From: Okeania sp. | GTDB taxonomy: Bacteria > Cyanobacteriota > Cyanobacteriia > Cyanobacteriales > Microcoleaceae | Direction of reading: 5' to 3' | NCBI RefSeq assembly: GCF_035285525.1 | Contig: NZ_JAYKGW010000072.1 | Location: 1-21,703 of the forward strand | DNA: 21,703 bases | In this document: positions 19,927-21,703 of the stretch, piece after piece | Layout: each line of letters opens with the position of its first letter | How positions within the stretch are numbered: position 1 is the first letter of the stretch | The notes under the pieces: model-generated | What the model saw: the letters and a program-made list of their open reading frames with translations, nothing else | The model's database searches: none | Told to the model about the DNA's origin: nothing | Position numbers and translations under genes: made by a program

Positions 19927-21703
19927 ATGACTGCAACAACCCCAAAACCAACCACAGTCCCAGATTTTTGCGAAGGTATCCAATACTTCGGAGAAGCTTG
20001 GCCTGATTTTGAGACCCACGGCCAAACACCAGCAATACCAGAAGGTAGTAAAGCGATCGCCTCACCAAGCGATCCGACTGGAGTATATCAAACCCTCCTC
20101 TACGCTGACGCTCTCCGTTATTTAATGCTACAAGTAACAGGCAGCAAAGCATCAGGACACCCAGGCGGTTTTGCTAGTCAAGCTGAAGCTTATGCAGCTT
20201 TAGTAATGTTAGGCTATAAAAACATTCTCACAGAAGTCGGACACCACGCCCCCGGATTTTATAGCGCCGTATTTCTAGATCGCTCCCTAGAAGATATGGA
20301 AATCTTCACAGTCCAACAAATGCGTAGTCGCTTCCGGGAAATGCACGGACTCCTCGGACACCTATCCGGTTATATCCCTGGGTTGCTCAACCCCGCTGGT
20401 CCACTAGGTCAAGGGCAACATTTCGCCATGGCAGCAGCATTATTACATCGCGATACCCTATTTCCTTTCACCATGGGAGACGGTGGCATGGGAGAACCCT
20501 ATCCAGTCAGCAGTATGATGCACTTTAACACTGCCTATCCTGATGTCACTAACTTTTTACCAGTATTAGTGTGGAATGGTTATAGTCAAGAACACCATAG
20601 CATGGTTTCCACTAAAACCAGTGCAGAAATGATTGCTTATTGGAAAGGCAACGGTTTTGCTGAAGTCATCTTAGTAGATGCTAAAGATTTCGACGACAAA
20701 AACCAACCAGGAGACTATGTTGATAGCAGCGCCTTCTCCTTAGAAAAACGTTTGGAGTTTACCAAAGCAGTATTAGAAAATATTGACAAAGCTGCAAAAT
20801 CTGCACTCGGTGGCAAACTCACCATTTTTATTATCAAACAACTCAAAGGTGCAGGGGTTCATGCTAGGGGTTCTAAGTCTCATAACCTTTATCCCAAAGA
20901 CACCCTCGACAGTCCCCAAATTATAAATGCTCTCCAAGAACGCGCCCTACCAGTAGCAGCTTGGGAGTTAGTACGACAAAATTGCGAACGTGCTGGTGGC
21001 GGCCCTGCTGCTAAAACTGTTGTCACTGAATTTGAGTACCCACTAGCAGACTTAGGTGAACTACCTTTAGAAGAATATGCTGTTGGTGGCGATCGTAAAG
21101 TTGCCACAACTGCAATGGGAGAATTAATAGCTTATGTTGGTCAAAAAGACCCTCATTTCCTAGTTACCAATGCAGATGGTAACGCTGCATCAGGTATTAA
21201 TAATATTAACCAAGCATTGAAAATTATTCACCCCACCACAGATGACATTTATTTCCAGGGTCCCAAAGGTCAGGTCTACGAACCTTTGAGCGAAGATGCT
21301 TGTGCTGGTATGGCAGCGGGTTTAGCATTAATGGGAGCGCGGACAGTTTGGTGTTCTTATGAATCTTTTGCGATTAACGGTGTACCTATTTGGCAAACTG
21401 TTACCCAAGCAATGGCAGAATTACGTCATGCTACTCCTTCCACTATTACCTTATTTACTGCCGGAGCATTAGAACAGGGGCGCAATGGTTGGACGCACCA
21501 ACGTCCGGAAATTGAAGCTTATTTTGCAGCGATGCTCCGGAATGGAAATGTGTTCGCTCTGTTCCCACCCGATGCGAATAGTATTCAAGTTTGTTATGAC
21601 TGGGCGTTGACTACTAAAAATAAAGGTGTTACTATTACTGCTAGTAAGTCGCCTTTACCTATTAGAACTACTTTTGAACAAGCAAGACAAGGGTTGCAGG
21701 ATG
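19927..21703 (+). CDS. TPP-dependent enzyme of the phosphoketolase/transketolase superfamily (divergent phosphoketolase-like), 3' end outside the window
   Basis: The ATG is at 19927 and the frame is open to the window end. It is not in the ORF track because it has no stop in the window. The N-terminal part has transketolase-like motifs (YADALRYLMLQVTGSKASGHPGGF, MGDGGMGEP). The middle part aligns by eye with phosphoketolase (GQVYEPLSEDACAG...WCSYESFAI...GRNGWTHQRPE versus XFP GQVVEQLSEH...WSSYESFVH...DHNGFSHQDPG). Confidence 0.75.
   Translation, partial: MTATTPKPTTVPDFCEGIQYFGEAWPDFETHGQTPAIPEGSKAIASPSDPTGVYQTLLYADALRYLMLQVTGSKASGHPGGFASQAEAYAALVMLGYKNILTEVGHHAPGFYSAVFLDRSLEDMEIFTVQQMRSRFREMHGLLGHLSGYIPGLLNPAGPLGQGQHFAMAAALLHRDTLFPFTMGDGGMGEPYPVSSMMHFNTAYPDVTNFLPVLVWNGYSQEHHSMVSTKTSAEMIAYWKGNGFAEVILVDAKDFDDKNQPGDYVDSSAFSLEKRLEFTKAVLENIDKAAKSALGGKLTIFIIKQLKGAGVHARGSKSHNLYPKDTLDSPQIINALQERALPVAAWELVRQNCERAGGGPAAKTVVTEFEYPLADLGELPLEEYAVGGDRKVATTAMGELIAYVGQKDPHFLVTNADGNAASGINNINQALKIIHPTTDDIYFQGPKGQVYEPLSEDACAGMAAGLALMGARTVWCSYESFAINGVPIWQTVTQAMAELRHATPSTITLFTAGALEQGRNGWTHQRPEIEAYFAAMLRNGNVFALFPPDANSIQVCYDWALTTKNKGVTITASKSPLPIRTTFEQARQGLQD

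Overview
The window looks like chromosomal DNA from a low-GC filamentous cyanobacterium, probably Nostocales. This taxon call is an inference from three things: at least 11 HIP1 octamers (GCGATCGC) counted by eye, many small palindromic or MITE-like dispersed repeats, and the protein families present. All family names come from motif recognition in the translations, because no database search was possible.

The left ~9 kb (1-9100) looks accessory and is visibly decaying. It holds the N-terminal ~560 aa of a TPR(-CHAT)-type protein with near-identical 126-bp repeats, and a DUF4384-type protein behind a strong promoter and a helically phased TCTAY repeat array. It also holds an Rpn-family PD-(D/E)xK nuclease and a two-domain VOC protein abutted by a ~400-bp array of a 9-bp repeat. 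Remains of at least six toxin-antitoxin modules lie among these genes: three DUF433/DUF5615 modules, one Phd/YefM gene, one DUF2283 gene, one BrnA-like fragment and one VapBC-like pair. In these modules the toxin genes are deleted or carry nonsense codons, while the antitoxins are mostly intact.

The right ~12 kb looks like core genome. It encodes an HtrA/Deg protease, a His-rich CsoR/InrS-like metal repressor, a membrane protein, an SRPBCC protein, a large radical SAM protein, a SemiSWEET, and a partial divergent phosphoketolase/transketolase-like TPP enzyme.

The most unusual locus is 15.0-19.4 kb. A 558-aa protein made of about six unnamed ~60-aa helical repeats plus a TPR-like cap lies in tandem with a 762-aa ORF. 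In that ORF a complete cytochrome P450 is fused in frame to a duplicated copy of the same C-terminal module. The duplication includes the 3' flank, and one copy carries a ~108-bp MITE that the other copy lacks.

I saw no rRNA, tRNA, CRISPR array or intact IS element.
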